Shown here: positions 1 to 9,871 of the stretch, piece by piece
How positions within the stretch are numbered: the first letter of the stretch is position 1
Layout: each line of letters begins with the position of its first letter
NCBI GenBank assembly: GCA_029838215.1
Contig: JALGVI010000006.1
Coordinates: 1 to 64,000, forward strand
DNA length: 64,000 nucleotides
Origin: Candidatus Helarchaeota archaeon
GTDB taxonomy: Archaea; Asgardarchaeota; Lokiarchaeia; Helarchaeales; RDOG01
Direction: 5' to 3'
Position numbers and translations under genes: made by a program
The notes under the pieces: generated by a model
The model's input: only the letters and a program-made list of their open reading frames with translations
Told to the model about the DNA's origin: nothing
Databases searched by the model: none

Positions 1-2
1 AT

Positions 3-935
3 CATCCCAGTTCTTTTACCAGTCACCCGAGCTTTTTAGGACTTTTCATCTTGCTTTTTATTCTTGAGATAATTAGTTTTGGATGCGGTCTGCTGCTCAT
101 CATTAAAATTCCATCTCCAAAACAAAGCAAAAAGGAAGAAAAGATAAAAGATAAAAAATCGAGCTCTTGGAAGGACGATTTCAGGCTTGTTGGATTAAAT
201 CTCAGTTTAAAGGAATCAAATTTTGAGGGGATTAGTAAAAGAATCAAGCATTTATCCATTTGGGGGAATGTTGGAGTTATTTCAGTCCTTTTAATGGTTG
301 GAATCTGGCAAGTGCAACAAATTCTTTATCCATATATAATGACTTATGCAGATCCAAGCATTGCTTATTCAGGAGTCGTTGATTTTTATAACATCTTGGT
401 CATGCTCGCGTTCTTACTTGCAATTCCGTTGGTTGCTTTATTTATTTTATCATTAAGGTTCATTTTTTATCGCTTTTTTAACAAGTACATGAAATCTTCA
501 TTTCAAGTAAATGAGAAAGCGGACTTTGCACTCAAGAATGCAGAATTCATGGGAATTCCCTATATTCTCTATTGGGTCATTGCGGCATGTTGGTTTTATT
601 TTATCATCGTCCCGAGATTTTCAAACCTTGCATTCGTGCTCTTAACGGGAATTGGGTCGATACCTGCCGTGATCGCCATGGGAGCGAGTTTTTTTGCATT
701 CTGTGGAGGAAATCTCATTATTTTATTCTTCATTCTGGTGCCGTTTTTAGCATGGTCGGGTCTCATAATCTCTTCTTACGCAAGTAAATGCTTAAAGGTT
801 TCAAAAAAGCAAGTATTTGGAAGATTATTTGTTACTTCACTCATATTGATGAGCATCCTCATCCTGATATTGCTCTTATTCTATTCCCTTCTGGTTTATT
901 ACTTAGGAACGATACAAATTGCGGATTTAATGTAA
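3..935 (+). CDS. Multi-pass membrane protein, 5'-truncated by the window edge; C-terminal part possibly Yip1-like
   Basis: The frame is open from position 3 (HPSSFTSHPSFLGLFILLF...) into the listed 51..935 ORF. It has several hydrophobic segments, and AWSGLIISSYASKCLKVSKKQVF loosely resembles the Yip1 C-terminal pattern. Confidence 0.5.
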   Translation, partial: HPSSFTSHPSFLGLFILLFILEIISFGCGLLLIIKIPSPKQSKKEEKIKDKKSSSWKDDFRLVGLNLSLKESNFEGISKRIKHLSIWGNVGVISVLLMVGIWQVQQILYPYIMTYADPSIAYSGVVDFYNILVMLAFLLAIPLVALFILSLRFIFYRFFNKYMKSSFQVNEKADFALKNAEFMGIPYILYWVIAACWFYFIIVPRFSNLAFVLLTGIGSIPAVIAMGASFFAFCGGNLIILFFILVPFLAWSGLIISSYASKCLKVSKKQVFGRLFVTSLILMSILILILLLFYSLLVYYLGTIQIADLM

Positions 936-969
936 AAAAAAAAGAATTTGTTTGGTTTTTATTGGAATG

Positions 970-2685
970 TTATTTCCTTGCTTCGTCCCGGAGTCCTTTT
1001 TTATATACTTTTCCGACGAGAGTCAAGGGAAGTTCCTTACGAAATTCGATCAATTTAGGTACTTTATAAGGAGCCATGTTTTCTTTTGACCAAGCGATTA
1101 TTTCCTTCTCCAATTCTTTTGTGTCACGGTCCTTATATTCTTCATTTAAAACGATGAATGCCTTTACAATTTCGCTTCCAGGTCGATTAGGATTTGGGAT
1201 TCCGACGGTCGCCACCAGTTCAATTGCAGGATGTTCATAGAGTTTTTCTTCAAGTTCCCGGGAAAAAACCTTATATCCGCCAACTATGATCATGTCTTTC
1301 GTTCGATCGCATATTTCTATGTATCCGTCTTCGTCCATTCTGCCCACATCACCCGAGAAGAACCAGCCGTCCCGAAGTGCGTGTGCCGTTTCTTCAGGCT
1401 TGTTTAGATATCCTTTCATTACTTGTGGACCTTTTATTATTATTTCGCCCTCTTGACCCAGTGGAAGTTCTTCTCCCGTATCCACGTCTACGATTTTTAC
1501 GATTGTTTTTTGAAGAGGGAGTCCAACCTTGCCGATTTTTTTCAGGCCAACCCGTGGGTTCATCGTCACTAATGGACTAGCTTCGGTCATTCCATAGACT
1601 TCTACGACTTTATTTTCTCCAATAATTGCTTCCAACTCTCGAATCGATTCAGCGGGAAAGGGTGCGGCACCGGATAAAGCAATTCGGAGTTGTGAAAAGT
1701 CAAGTTTTCTAAATTTTGGATTGTTAATTAACAATTGGTATAAAGTAGGGACGTTTGCCATCAATGTTGGTTTATATTTTTTAAATTCCTTGCAGATATG
1801 GTTGACATCACGAGGGTTTGGAATTAATATTTGGGTGTTTGCGAAATAAACGTTTGCCTGACATACTAACAAGCCTGCCAGATGGAAAAACGGAAAGCCG
1901 CTTAACATGATATCTTTACCCTTTTGGAATTTCAACCAATCATCAGCTTGTAAGACGTTTGAGAGGATATTTCGATGAGTTAACATTGTTCCCTTGGGAA
2001 GTCCTGTAGTCCCACCGGTATATTGAACGAGTGCCAGTGCATCAGGAGGAACTTTAATGTTCGGATCGGTATCCTTGTATTCTTTTATTAAATCCATGAA
2101 CTTGATGATTTTTTTTCCTTCGATTGGTTTGATTTTTCCCTTTGGAATTTTACCAAACAGTTTACCCAAAATTTGCTTGATCTTTGGTAGAAAATCGCCA
2201 ACATTAGTAACGACGATATTTTTCAAGGTGTCTAGCTCAGCAGCAGGCTTTTTGTATATGCGATTTTCAAAAACGGCATCTAACGTGATTATGGATTTAG
2301 CAGAACAATCACCCAATTGATATTTAATCTCCTTTTCCAATAATAGTGGAGATACGCCGCTCGCAGCACATCCTGCTTTAAGAGTTCCAAGATGGGCAAT
2401 CACGTATTGCGGTATGTTTGGAAGATTGATACCAACCACATCACGTTCCGGTTCGCAACCATTCTCAAGAAGAAAATTTGCAAATTGATTGCTATATTTA
2501 TCCAGTTCATTAAATGAAATTGCAACACCCATAAAGTACAGTGCCATGTTTGCAGAAAATTTTTTCAACGCATCTCGTATGGCATCGGTGTACGAAATAT
2601 CGGGAATTTCTAGGTCAGGATTTACACCATCATCATAATTTTTAATCCAAGGACGTTTCTCATAAATACTCACAACTATCACCAT
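970..2685 (-). CDS. Long-chain-fatty-acid--CoA ligase (AMP-forming); probable real start GTG at 2673
   Basis: AMP-binding motifs YTGGTTGLPKG, YGMTE, SGDVGRMDEDG, DRTKDMIIVGG and GKVYKK. A GGTGAT SD-like motif lies just upstream of GTG 2673. Confidence 0.95.
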   Translation of the reverse strand: MVIVVSIYEKRPWIKNYDDGVNPDLEIPDISYTDAIRDALKKFSANMALYFMGVAISFNELDKYSNQFANFLLENGCEPERDVVGINLPNIPQYVIAHLGTLKAGCAASGVSPLLLEKEIKYQLGDCSAKSIITLDAVFENRIYKKPAAELDTLKNIVVTNVGDFLPKIKQILGKLFGKIPKGKIKPIEGKKIIKFMDLIKEYKDTDPNIKVPPDALALVQYTGGTTGLPKGTMLTHRNILSNVLQADDWLKFQKGKDIMLSGFPFFHLAGLLVCQANVYFANTQILIPNPRDVNHICKEFKKYKPTLMANVPTLYQLLINNPKFRKLDFSQLRIALSGAAPFPAESIRELEAIIGENKVVEVYGMTEASPLVTMNPRVGLKKIGKVGLPLQKTIVKIVDVDTGEELPLGQEGEIIIKGPQVMKGYLNKPEETAHALRDGWFFSGDVGRMDEDGYIEICDRTKDMIIVGGYKVFSRELEEKLYEHPAIELVATVGIPNPNRPGSEIVKAFIVLNEEYKDRDTKELEKEIIAWSKENMAPYKVPKLIEFRKELPLTLVGKVYKKGLRDEARK

Positions 2686-2863
2686 TAATATCTTGATAAA
2701 TTAAACAAAACCCATTTTTTTAAAATTGAAACAAAATTAGAAACCATCTTATTTCAGACAAATAAAAAGATTTTGCTTTAATCTGAAAAAAATTATAAAA
2801 TGATTTATCGTATTGAATTTCTATCAATAATCTACACGAGATAATCATTTTCAGGCGAATGCA

Positions 2864-4249
2864 ATGAGGTCGCTGCTTACGAATAACATGCAGGTGATGG
2901 AAGATTGGAATAAATCCTTTCTTAAGATGTCATTGTGGAAACTCTTGCTTCTTTCGGGACTTATCTTGACGATAATTAATTTAATCATTTTTTATGCAGA
3001 TTTGTTATCTATATTGACGTTAGGGGAATCTTCACTTCCTCCAGGTTATGATTTTCGCCATTATTATGCGATTGATGCGGCTAATATCTTGTCAGGAATG
3101 ATTCCTTACATAAATTATTCGCCGTATTATCCTTTATTAGCAGAATATTATTTTGCGTTGTTATATTTATTTGGTACTAATGTGATCTTTGCGAGATTTA
3201 TTCAAACATTGGTTTTTCTTGCTTGCATGATTGTATTGAATGACATCATGAAGCAACTTGACTTCAAGTTGAATAATTGGCACCTTGCTTTTTTCCTTGC
3301 CAGCCCAGTCATCGTCTCTTTGTCCATAATTGCCATAAATTTCGATATTTTGATGGTTTTATGTTTGTTATTGGCACTAGATTTTTTTCTTCGTGATAAT
3401 TCTTTTTTAGTAGGAGCATTTATTGGTCTGGGAATAATGATAAAGATATTCCCGGTTGTTCTTCTGGTTCCACTTGCATTTTATTACGCCAGACATAAGC
3501 GAATAAAAGATTTGGCGTTCATTTTTCTTGGATCTGTTGGGCTTTATTTTCTCCTGCATTTACCCATATCGGTCCTTCACGCTATCCTTTATAGGCAATC
3601 CTTCTTTGGTTTTTTCAAGAATTTCTTGGATTTCTTTCTCACGCCGCTAACATTACCCGAGGATCATGCATTAAATTTGCCTTATTTTTTCTTCTTGACA
3701 ATAATACCGAAATCAGACTTGAAGATGGTGGCAAATATCGTTGCAGTATGTCTCATCACGGGATTTACGGCATTGAAATTAGTAGAAAAGAAAGATCCCA
3801 TCAATACCTTTCAAGAAATACTCATTCCTGTTCTCTTCATTTTCTTCTTATTTCAACCGTATATCACGCCTTGGTATCTCATTTGGATATTAATTCCAAG
3901 ATATCTTCGTTTTGATGAACATCCCGTGGTAGGTCATTATTTGTACCATCCTCTTATCTCATTAAATACAATAATAGGAGTAAATCTTCAATACGTGTTT
4001 AATCATTACGTTCTTAAAGACATGAGCTTAGTTATTGAATATAACTTCACCATCACGCCCCTTTTGATATTTCCGATGTTCATGAACATGATTCACATGT
4101 TACTCTTGCAACTAACGACAGTATTGATTTTCATGAAAGAATCACGGAAAAGACGCTATATAATTCTTCCATTGACATTAATCTGTACGGTTATTGGTTT
4201 GATTGGAGCGAGAATGGTTATATATTATAAATTCATTCCGTTATTCTAA
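2864..4249 (+). CDS. GT-C fold glycosyltransferase, GT87/DUF2029-like (polyprenol-phosphate-sugar dependent)
   Basis: Polytopic membrane protein with a Y-x-PYYP loop, NFDILMVL and GLGIMIKIFPVVLL motifs typical of GT87. Confidence 0.7.
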   Translation: MRSLLTNNMQVMEDWNKSFLKMSLWKLLLLSGLILTIINLIIFYADLLSILTLGESSLPPGYDFRHYYAIDAANILSGMIPYINYSPYYPLLAEYYFALLYLFGTNVIFARFIQTLVFLACMIVLNDIMKQLDFKLNNWHLAFFLASPVIVSLSIIAINFDILMVLCLLLALDFFLRDNSFLVGAFIGLGIMIKIFPVVLLVPLAFYYARHKRIKDLAFIFLGSVGLYFLLHLPISVLHAILYRQSFFGFFKNFLDFFLTPLTLPEDHALNLPYFFFLTIIPKSDLKMVANIVAVCLITGFTALKLVEKKDPINTFQEILIPVLFIFFLFQPYITPWYLIWILIPRYLRFDEHPVVGHYLYHPLISLNTIIGVNLQYVFNHYVLKDMSLVIEYNFTITPLLIFPMFMNMIHMLLLQLTTVLIFMKESRKRRYIILPLTLICTVIGLIGARMVIYYKFIPLF

Positions 4250-4280
4250 TGATATGAATTTAAAAATGGGATAGAGAAAA

Positions 4281-5630
4281 GTGGAAGATATTGCTAATGA
4301 AATTCAAGAAAGACTTGATAATTTGAAGAAATTTATTCTTGAGTTATCGACATGGAAAATCTTGCTTTTCTCGGGAATTTTCATCTTCATCTTGAATGTT
4401 CTCATTTCCTTGCTTAGAATTGATCCTGCTCCGGATTTTTTTATATTTTTTACATTTGATGGTACTGCCCTCCTGAGCGGGCTGATCCCATACGTTCATT
4501 ACACGCCTTGGTACCCCATTTTAGCCGATCTTTACATGGCTCTCTTTGCATTATTCGGAATGAACGTCATCATCGCAAGAGTGATTCAATCTCTTGTCAT
4601 TTTCGGTTGCGTGCTAGTAATAAACGATATCATCACGAAATTAAACGTTGAAAACACCAATTGGCACTTGATCTGGTTAATCGCAAGTCCGATCGTGATT
4701 TTATACGGCATCATCGCACTAAATTTTGACATTTTCATGGTATTTTTTCTTCTTTTAGCATTAGATTTTTTCCTGCGGGAGAATGCAACTCTCGTGGGCG
4801 TGTTTACGGGATTGGGAATAATGGTGAAACTCTTTCCCATCGTTTTATTGGTACCATTGGGAATTTATTACATTCGACACAAACAATATAAAAATTTATT
4901 TTTGTCATTTGCATCCGCCATTGGAATATATTTCGTTTTTTATCTTCCTATTTCAATTTCTCGAGTAATATTGCTTAATCTGCCCATTTATTATTTTATA
5001 ATCAATTACATCATATTTTTCATTTCACCATTGACATTGCCGGAAGGTCATCCCTTGAACTTACCTTACATCTTCTTTTTTGCGGTTCTTTCTAAATCGA
5101 GTTTGAAAATGATAGCAAATATCGTGGCGGTATTAGCTATAACGATTTTTAGTGTTTTGATGTTTAGACAGGAATCTGGACCAGAAAAAGCAATCCAAGA
5201 TGTCTTCATTCCTGCTTTATTCATATTTTTTATATTACAACCATATATTGCCCCGTGGTACATGGTTTGGGTTCTCGTTCCACGATATATTCGTTCTTCG
5301 GAACGACCTTTTCTTGATAATTACTTATTCCAACCACTTTTAATGTTTAACCTGATAGTAGCCACTCAAATTCATTACATATTCAATACTTTTGTAATTG
5401 GTGACTTGTATTTTGCAAGTTACTACACGTTTACAATAACACCCGACTTGTTCTATCCACTATTTATCCTGATTCTAAGCGTTGCTTTAAAGCAAGTAAC
5501 GGCAATTTTCATTTATTTGAAAGAATCCCCCATTAGAAGATACATCGTGCTACCCTGCATTATTGCAATTCTAATTCCCGCTTTCATTGGAGATAACTTG
5601 CTCATGCTTCTATATAATCCGTTGATTTGA
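4281..5630 (+). CDS. GT-C fold glycosyltransferase, GT87/DUF2029-like; tandem paralog of the previous gene
   Basis: Collinear with the upstream ORF: YTPWYP, NFDIFMVF, GLGIMVKLFPIVLL, SPLTLPEGHPLNLPY and QPYIAPWY. Confidence 0.7.
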   Translation: MEDIANEIQERLDNLKKFILELSTWKILLFSGIFIFILNVLISLLRIDPAPDFFIFFTFDGTALLSGLIPYVHYTPWYPILADLYMALFALFGMNVIIARVIQSLVIFGCVLVINDIITKLNVENTNWHLIWLIASPIVILYGIIALNFDIFMVFFLLLALDFFLRENATLVGVFTGLGIMVKLFPIVLLVPLGIYYIRHKQYKNLFLSFASAIGIYFVFYLPISISRVILLNLPIYYFIINYIIFFISPLTLPEGHPLNLPYIFFFAVLSKSSLKMIANIVAVLAITIFSVLMFRQESGPEKAIQDVFIPALFIFFILQPYIAPWYMVWVLVPRYIRSSERPFLDNYLFQPLLMFNLIVATQIHYIFNTFVIGDLYFASYYTFTITPDLFYPLFILILSVALKQVTAIFIYLKESPIRRYIVLPCIIAILIPAFIGDNLLMLLYNPLI

Positions 5631-5779
5631 AACATCAAATTTTATTGAAAATCAATGATTTTAAACGCAAAAAATTAGTTTTTTCAAGAAAAGAGAACAA
5701 ACGTTTTTTTGTATGTGTCAAGAGAATTAGAAGGAAAATTCAGTTCATTTCAAGCAAATTTAGTGGCTGGTGAATATGA

Positions 5780-7147
5780 ATGAATAAGGATTATATTCTG
5801 ATTTTTTTGGTTGATCTCGGTGCCCGTTCAAGCATAACCGCAGTATTAATGCAATATGCCCCTTATTATGCCAACTTTCTTGTACCTTTTGGTCTACCAC
5901 TTGCGGTGAGATCGCAAATAGCAACGATGATTGCTTGGTCAATAATCTTGATTTCTCAGTTTGTTGGAGCCATCGCGTATCCGATCGGTGGATCTATCGC
6001 AGATAGAACGAAAACAAAATATGGAAAATATCGGCCTTTCTTTTTACTGGCAATACCGTCTGCAATCGCGTTACTATTGGGTGGGTATCCTGCGCTTTTG
6101 CGTCCATTATTCATGGCTAACATTGTTGCGATATACATCTTCTTGCTGGTAATGTGCATAACGTTTTTCATCACGTGGCGCATGGCGTTTCCCGCATTCA
6201 TGGCTTATTACACGAATTGTTTTGATGAGTCAGAAAAACGAACGCTTTCAGTTGTATTGAATGGTGGAGATATCGGTGCCATCATTTTAGCATTCATAAT
6301 ACCCGTAATGATAGCAGATTTCGTTGATATTGAAGTGTTTTCGTATATTTTTGCCGCCATGACGATAATTCCTTACTTATTATTGTTCTTTTTCGGGTCA
6401 AAAGAACCGAAAGAAGTCATTGAACGCCCGCCAGAGCCGAGCATGAGCGAATCATTGGCCAAAGTGCTCAGGCAAAAACACTTGAAGGTTTTTATAATTG
6501 CCACGTTCTTCTTCAATTTCGGATACATGATGATTTCAAACTTTCTAGTGGATTATTTAGAAACGTTCGGTCTTAGTTTCGTGCAATATTTAATATATTT
6601 TGGCATTTTGATCATCTCTGTCGGAGCTTTTGCCGTGATTTTCTTGAAGAAAACTAAAGATGCCCCCCATCTTAGCACGTTTCGGAAATCCTTGTTATTC
6701 ATGGGATGCACTCTTCCTTTAATACTGATATTTGGCGCGATGAATTGGGGATTTTTTACAAGAGACATGCAAATCATACTTGCATTGATCATCATATTAA
6801 TGGGAGTCATTGGATACTTGATTTACAGTTATGTCGTATTGATTGATTTGGCGAACATGCATCCGGGAATTAAAGGGAGCTTCATGGGCGTGTTTAATTT
6901 TATTGGTGTTTTGGCTCAGCCAGTGGCAACGGTGGTCTATATAGGACTTCAGGTTTTTAATTTGTTTCCGGTGTTTCCATTATGGGCGATTCCCTATCCC
7001 GTGGCAGATGGCATTACTTACGTTTTCGGGTATTGTCTTGTTGGGATCGTGAGCGGTCTTGGATTTCTTGCATCTTATATAATATTAGGTCGATTAGAAT
7101 ACGAAGAAAAAGACATTGAGACTTCAAAAATAAATGAAAAAACATGA
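5780..7147 (+). CDS. MFS transporter (GPH/MFS_2 sugar-cation symporter-like)
   Basis: About 12 TM segments; GGSIADRTKTKYGKYRPF matches the GPH family motif. Confidence 0.85.
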   Translation: MNKDYILIFLVDLGARSSITAVLMQYAPYYANFLVPFGLPLAVRSQIATMIAWSIILISQFVGAIAYPIGGSIADRTKTKYGKYRPFFLLAIPSAIALLLGGYPALLRPLFMANIVAIYIFLLVMCITFFITWRMAFPAFMAYYTNCFDESEKRTLSVVLNGGDIGAIILAFIIPVMIADFVDIEVFSYIFAAMTIIPYLLLFFFGSKEPKEVIERPPEPSMSESLAKVLRQKHLKVFIIATFFFNFGYMMISNFLVDYLETFGLSFVQYLIYFGILIISVGAFAVIFLKKTKDAPHLSTFRKSLLFMGCTLPLILIFGAMNWGFFTRDMQIILALIIILMGVIGYLIYSYVVLIDLANMHPGIKGSFMGVFNFIGVLAQPVATVVYIGLQVFNLFPVFPLWAIPYPVADGITYVFGYCLVGIVSGLGFLASYIILGRLEYEEKDIETSKINEKT

Positions 7148-7180
7148 TTTTTGGATGAAAAATAAGGAGTCAAGATTCCA

Positions 7181-8446
7181 TTGGTCCCAGATATAGCCGA
7201 TTTCAAGGAACAAATTGAAGAATCATGCAAGGATTTGGATCCAATCAAGCACATACAAAATTTAGATTTTCCAAGGCGTGCAGGAACGGAAAAAGGACAT
7301 GATGCTGAAGAATATATTATTGAAACGTTGAAAAAATATGGGCATGAACCGAAGATTCAGGAATTTTACTTGCCGCCCGCTGGAAGTCCCATCAAGAAAT
7401 TACTTCTACCCATTGTAATCACGACATGGGGAATTGCGAGTTATGTAAATGCGATTTTGGCGCCACTTCAACTCATGATTGCTTATATTTTGGCAGTCCT
7501 CGTGTTAATGGTGCCGCTCATCATCGTGATTGGCGTGTTGAAAATGGATTTCTTCTTCAAGCTTTTTTTGAAGAGTTCCAGAAAAAAACTGAACAAGTTA
7601 CAGCAACACGTGGAGGAAAAAGAACAAGAGAAAAACCTTCAGATCACCAGAAACATCTGGGTTGAATACATTCCTGAATCACATGAGAGAGAGCTGATTA
7701 TTTGTGGACATCATGACAGCATTTCTTTAAGATTTGGAATGAAAATACTGACGAAATCCACATACATTGGCGCAATTGCAATGATTTTATATTCAATTGT
7801 CTATTTCGTGGGATTTCTAATTCTTCCAATAATCAACATTTTCCAGCTAGGATGGCATTGGATTCTCATGATAGACGTGATTTTCATGATTTTCACGAAT
7901 TTGGCATTGATTGCACGGATCTTTCGCACGAACGATTCTCACGGGTCTTGTGATGATGCCACGGGAATTGCCATCATCTTGGAATTGGCCAAGATCATCA
8001 GCAAAATACAACCCAAGTTAAAAGTGACTTTGGCTTGCTTTGCTGCGGAAGAAGTTGGTTTGTTTGGATCGGGCTTGTTTTATGCTAAAAATGAGGCAAG
8101 TTATAGAAGGGACTCTATTGAAGTAATTTCTATAGACATGATAGGAGAAAAACCACCGCTGACCATCATAGAGAAAATTAAGCCCTTCTTACCAGTCCGT
8201 ACGTGTCAACGTATAAACGATGAAATCGAACAGGTCGCAGGGGAATTAGAAATAAACATTGACAGGAAATCCTTCCCGTATCCGGGTTCTGACTTTGCGC
8301 ATTGGTTGCTGAATGGTTTTGATGCGACTTGGCTTATTAATCCTAGCAAGTACATACATTCAAAAGATGACAAGTTGAAAAACGTGAATCAAGACTTGGT
8401 AAAGCAATGTCTCAAGCTGTTCGTCGGTTTCCTGAGCAAGCGGTGA
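7181..8446 (+). CDS. M28 family metallopeptidase with inserted transmembrane segments
   Basis: RAGTE, GHHDS, GSCDDATG, AAEEVGLFGS, SIDMIG, SDF and H-S-x-x-D zinc-ligand motifs, with four hydrophobic segments interleaved. Confidence 0.85.
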   Translation: MVPDIADFKEQIEESCKDLDPIKHIQNLDFPRRAGTEKGHDAEEYIIETLKKYGHEPKIQEFYLPPAGSPIKKLLLPIVITTWGIASYVNAILAPLQLMIAYILAVLVLMVPLIIVIGVLKMDFFFKLFLKSSRKKLNKLQQHVEEKEQEKNLQITRNIWVEYIPESHERELIICGHHDSISLRFGMKILTKSTYIGAIAMILYSIVYFVGFLILPIINIFQLGWHWILMIDVIFMIFTNLALIARIFRTNDSHGSCDDATGIAIILELAKIISKIQPKLKVTLACFAAEEVGLFGSGLFYAKNEASYRRDSIEVISIDMIGEKPPLTIIEKIKPFLPVRTCQRINDEIEQVAGELEINIDRKSFPYPGSDFAHWLLNGFDATWLINPSKYIHSKDDKLKNVNQDLVKQCLKLFVGFLSKR

Positions 8447-8466
8447 AAATTTTTTTTTATTTTTTT
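8447..8466. terminator. Oligo-T tract between convergent genes (probable archaeal terminator)
   Basis: AAATTTTTTTTTATTTTTTTT lies directly after the M28 stop and abuts the convergent ORF stop. Confidence 0.4.
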
Positions 8467-8792
8467 TACGCAGAGCTTTCTGCAAACATAGGAGTCTGGA
8501 TGTTTCTCATGTAAAAACGCTCTCTTAATCGAGCAGAATAATCAATGGAAAAATAAACGGGCAAGATTTTTAGATATCCCCGTCCAATTAGATCGTTTAT
8601 AGTATTGAAGAACATCCTTGCATCGTAACCGCTGTTAGAATATAATTGGTACAAGTCATCTGTTGGGTTAGAACTGATGTACTTGTATAAAAATAGATGA
8701 TCGCCTTTGAGTGCAATGGCTTCTCTTTGAATGAGGGGATATTCCTTCCAATATGGATCGTGGTTTCTCTTTCTCAAGGATCTTTTAACCAT
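8466..8792 (-). CDS. Hypothetical protein, possible winged-helix; may extend to an ACG codon at 8915
   Basis: 108-aa ORF; NTINDLIGRGYLKI resembles a wHTH recognition helix and wing. The frame stays open 41 codons upstream of the ATG. Confidence 0.55.
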   Translation of the reverse strand: MVKRSLRKRNHDPYWKEYPLIQREAIALKGDHLFLYKYISSNPTDDLYQLYSNSGYDARMFFNTINDLIGRGYLKILPVYFSIDYSARLRERFYMRNIQTPMFAESSA

Positions 8793-9047
8793 TCTTTTTG
8801 CCCAAGCATTTGCGTCATTAATTTCGTCAAAAATCGTTGATTGCTTGGAAGATCTCCTAAATAAATTCTTGACCCAGTCTGGAATCGATTCGTCTTTTGA
8901 ACCTTGAAATGTCGTTTAAAAACCCCTCACGATTTTTTAGTGACAAACGAGTTTAATTTGTTTAAATTTTTTATTCTGGCTATAAAAACGTTTTTCTGCC
9001 TTTAAATTCCGACGAATATCGTTTTTTCAAAAAGTAAATCAATTTTG

Positions 9048-9776
9048 TTAGCAATTTAAAGCCTGCATCAAGGATTGAAAGATTAAAGTTCCACTGGAAG
9101 TATTGAAGGGACTTAATATGGATTCGGAAGCACGCTCAGGATGTGGCATGAGACCAACAACATTCCCTTCGAGGTTGCAGATACCTGCAATATTATCAAT
9201 GGAGCCATTTGGATTTGCTTCTTTTGAGGGAACCCCTTTTTCGGTAACATAACGAAAGACAATCTGGTCATTTTCAACCATTTCTTTAAGTGCACGTTCT
9301 TCATTGAAGTAACGTCCTTCACCGTGAGCAATGGGAATATTTAGGAGAGTATCGTTTGGAATTGCTCGGGTAAAAACCGTTCTTCTCGTTTCTGTTTTTA
9401 AGACGGTCCACTTACATACAAAAGTCAGGCAGTCATTTCTGAGAAGTGCTCCTTCCAACAATCCCGATTCAATTAAGCTTTGAAAACCATTGCAGATTCC
9501 TAAGACGGGTTTTCCTTCTCGCGCCATTGACTTGACTGCAGTCATTGCGGGACTGTATGCGGCAATGATTCCTGCTCTTAAATGGTCACCATAGCTAAAA
9601 CCACCAGGCAAGATGACGGCATCGTGTTGAAATGCAGTTTTTTCGTCAAAACGTTTATGCCAGATCAGATTATTTTCCAGTTTGAGAGTATTCAACAAGT
9701 GAACGGCATCCAAATCACAATTGGAGCCGGGAAATTTTATAATGGCAATTTTAATCGGCAAGATCGCACCACGCAT
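9048..9776 (-). CDS. purQ: Phosphoribosylformylglycinamidine synthase subunit PurQ
   Basis: [28 protein letters not shown] (catalytic Cys), PIAHGEG and MPHPER (His-Glu). Confidence 0.97.
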   Translation of the reverse strand: MRGAILPIKIAIIKFPGSNCDLDAVHLLNTLKLENNLIWHKRFDEKTAFQHDAVILPGGFSYGDHLRAGIIAAYSPAMTAVKSMAREGKPVLGICNGFQSLIESGLLEGALLRNDCLTFVCKWTVLKTETRRTVFTRAIPNDTLLNIPIAHGEGRYFNEERALKEMVENDQIVFRYVTEKGVPSKEANPNGSIDNIAGICNLEGNVVGLMPHPERASESILSPFNTSSGTLIFQSLMQALNC

Positions 9777-9871
9777 CTTAAGATTTTTTCTCCTTGCTTA
9801 AAAGCATCAGGAATTTGGTTATTAATTTTTTCTGATTTGGACTTCTAAATGGAGTGAATTTGAATTCAAGA

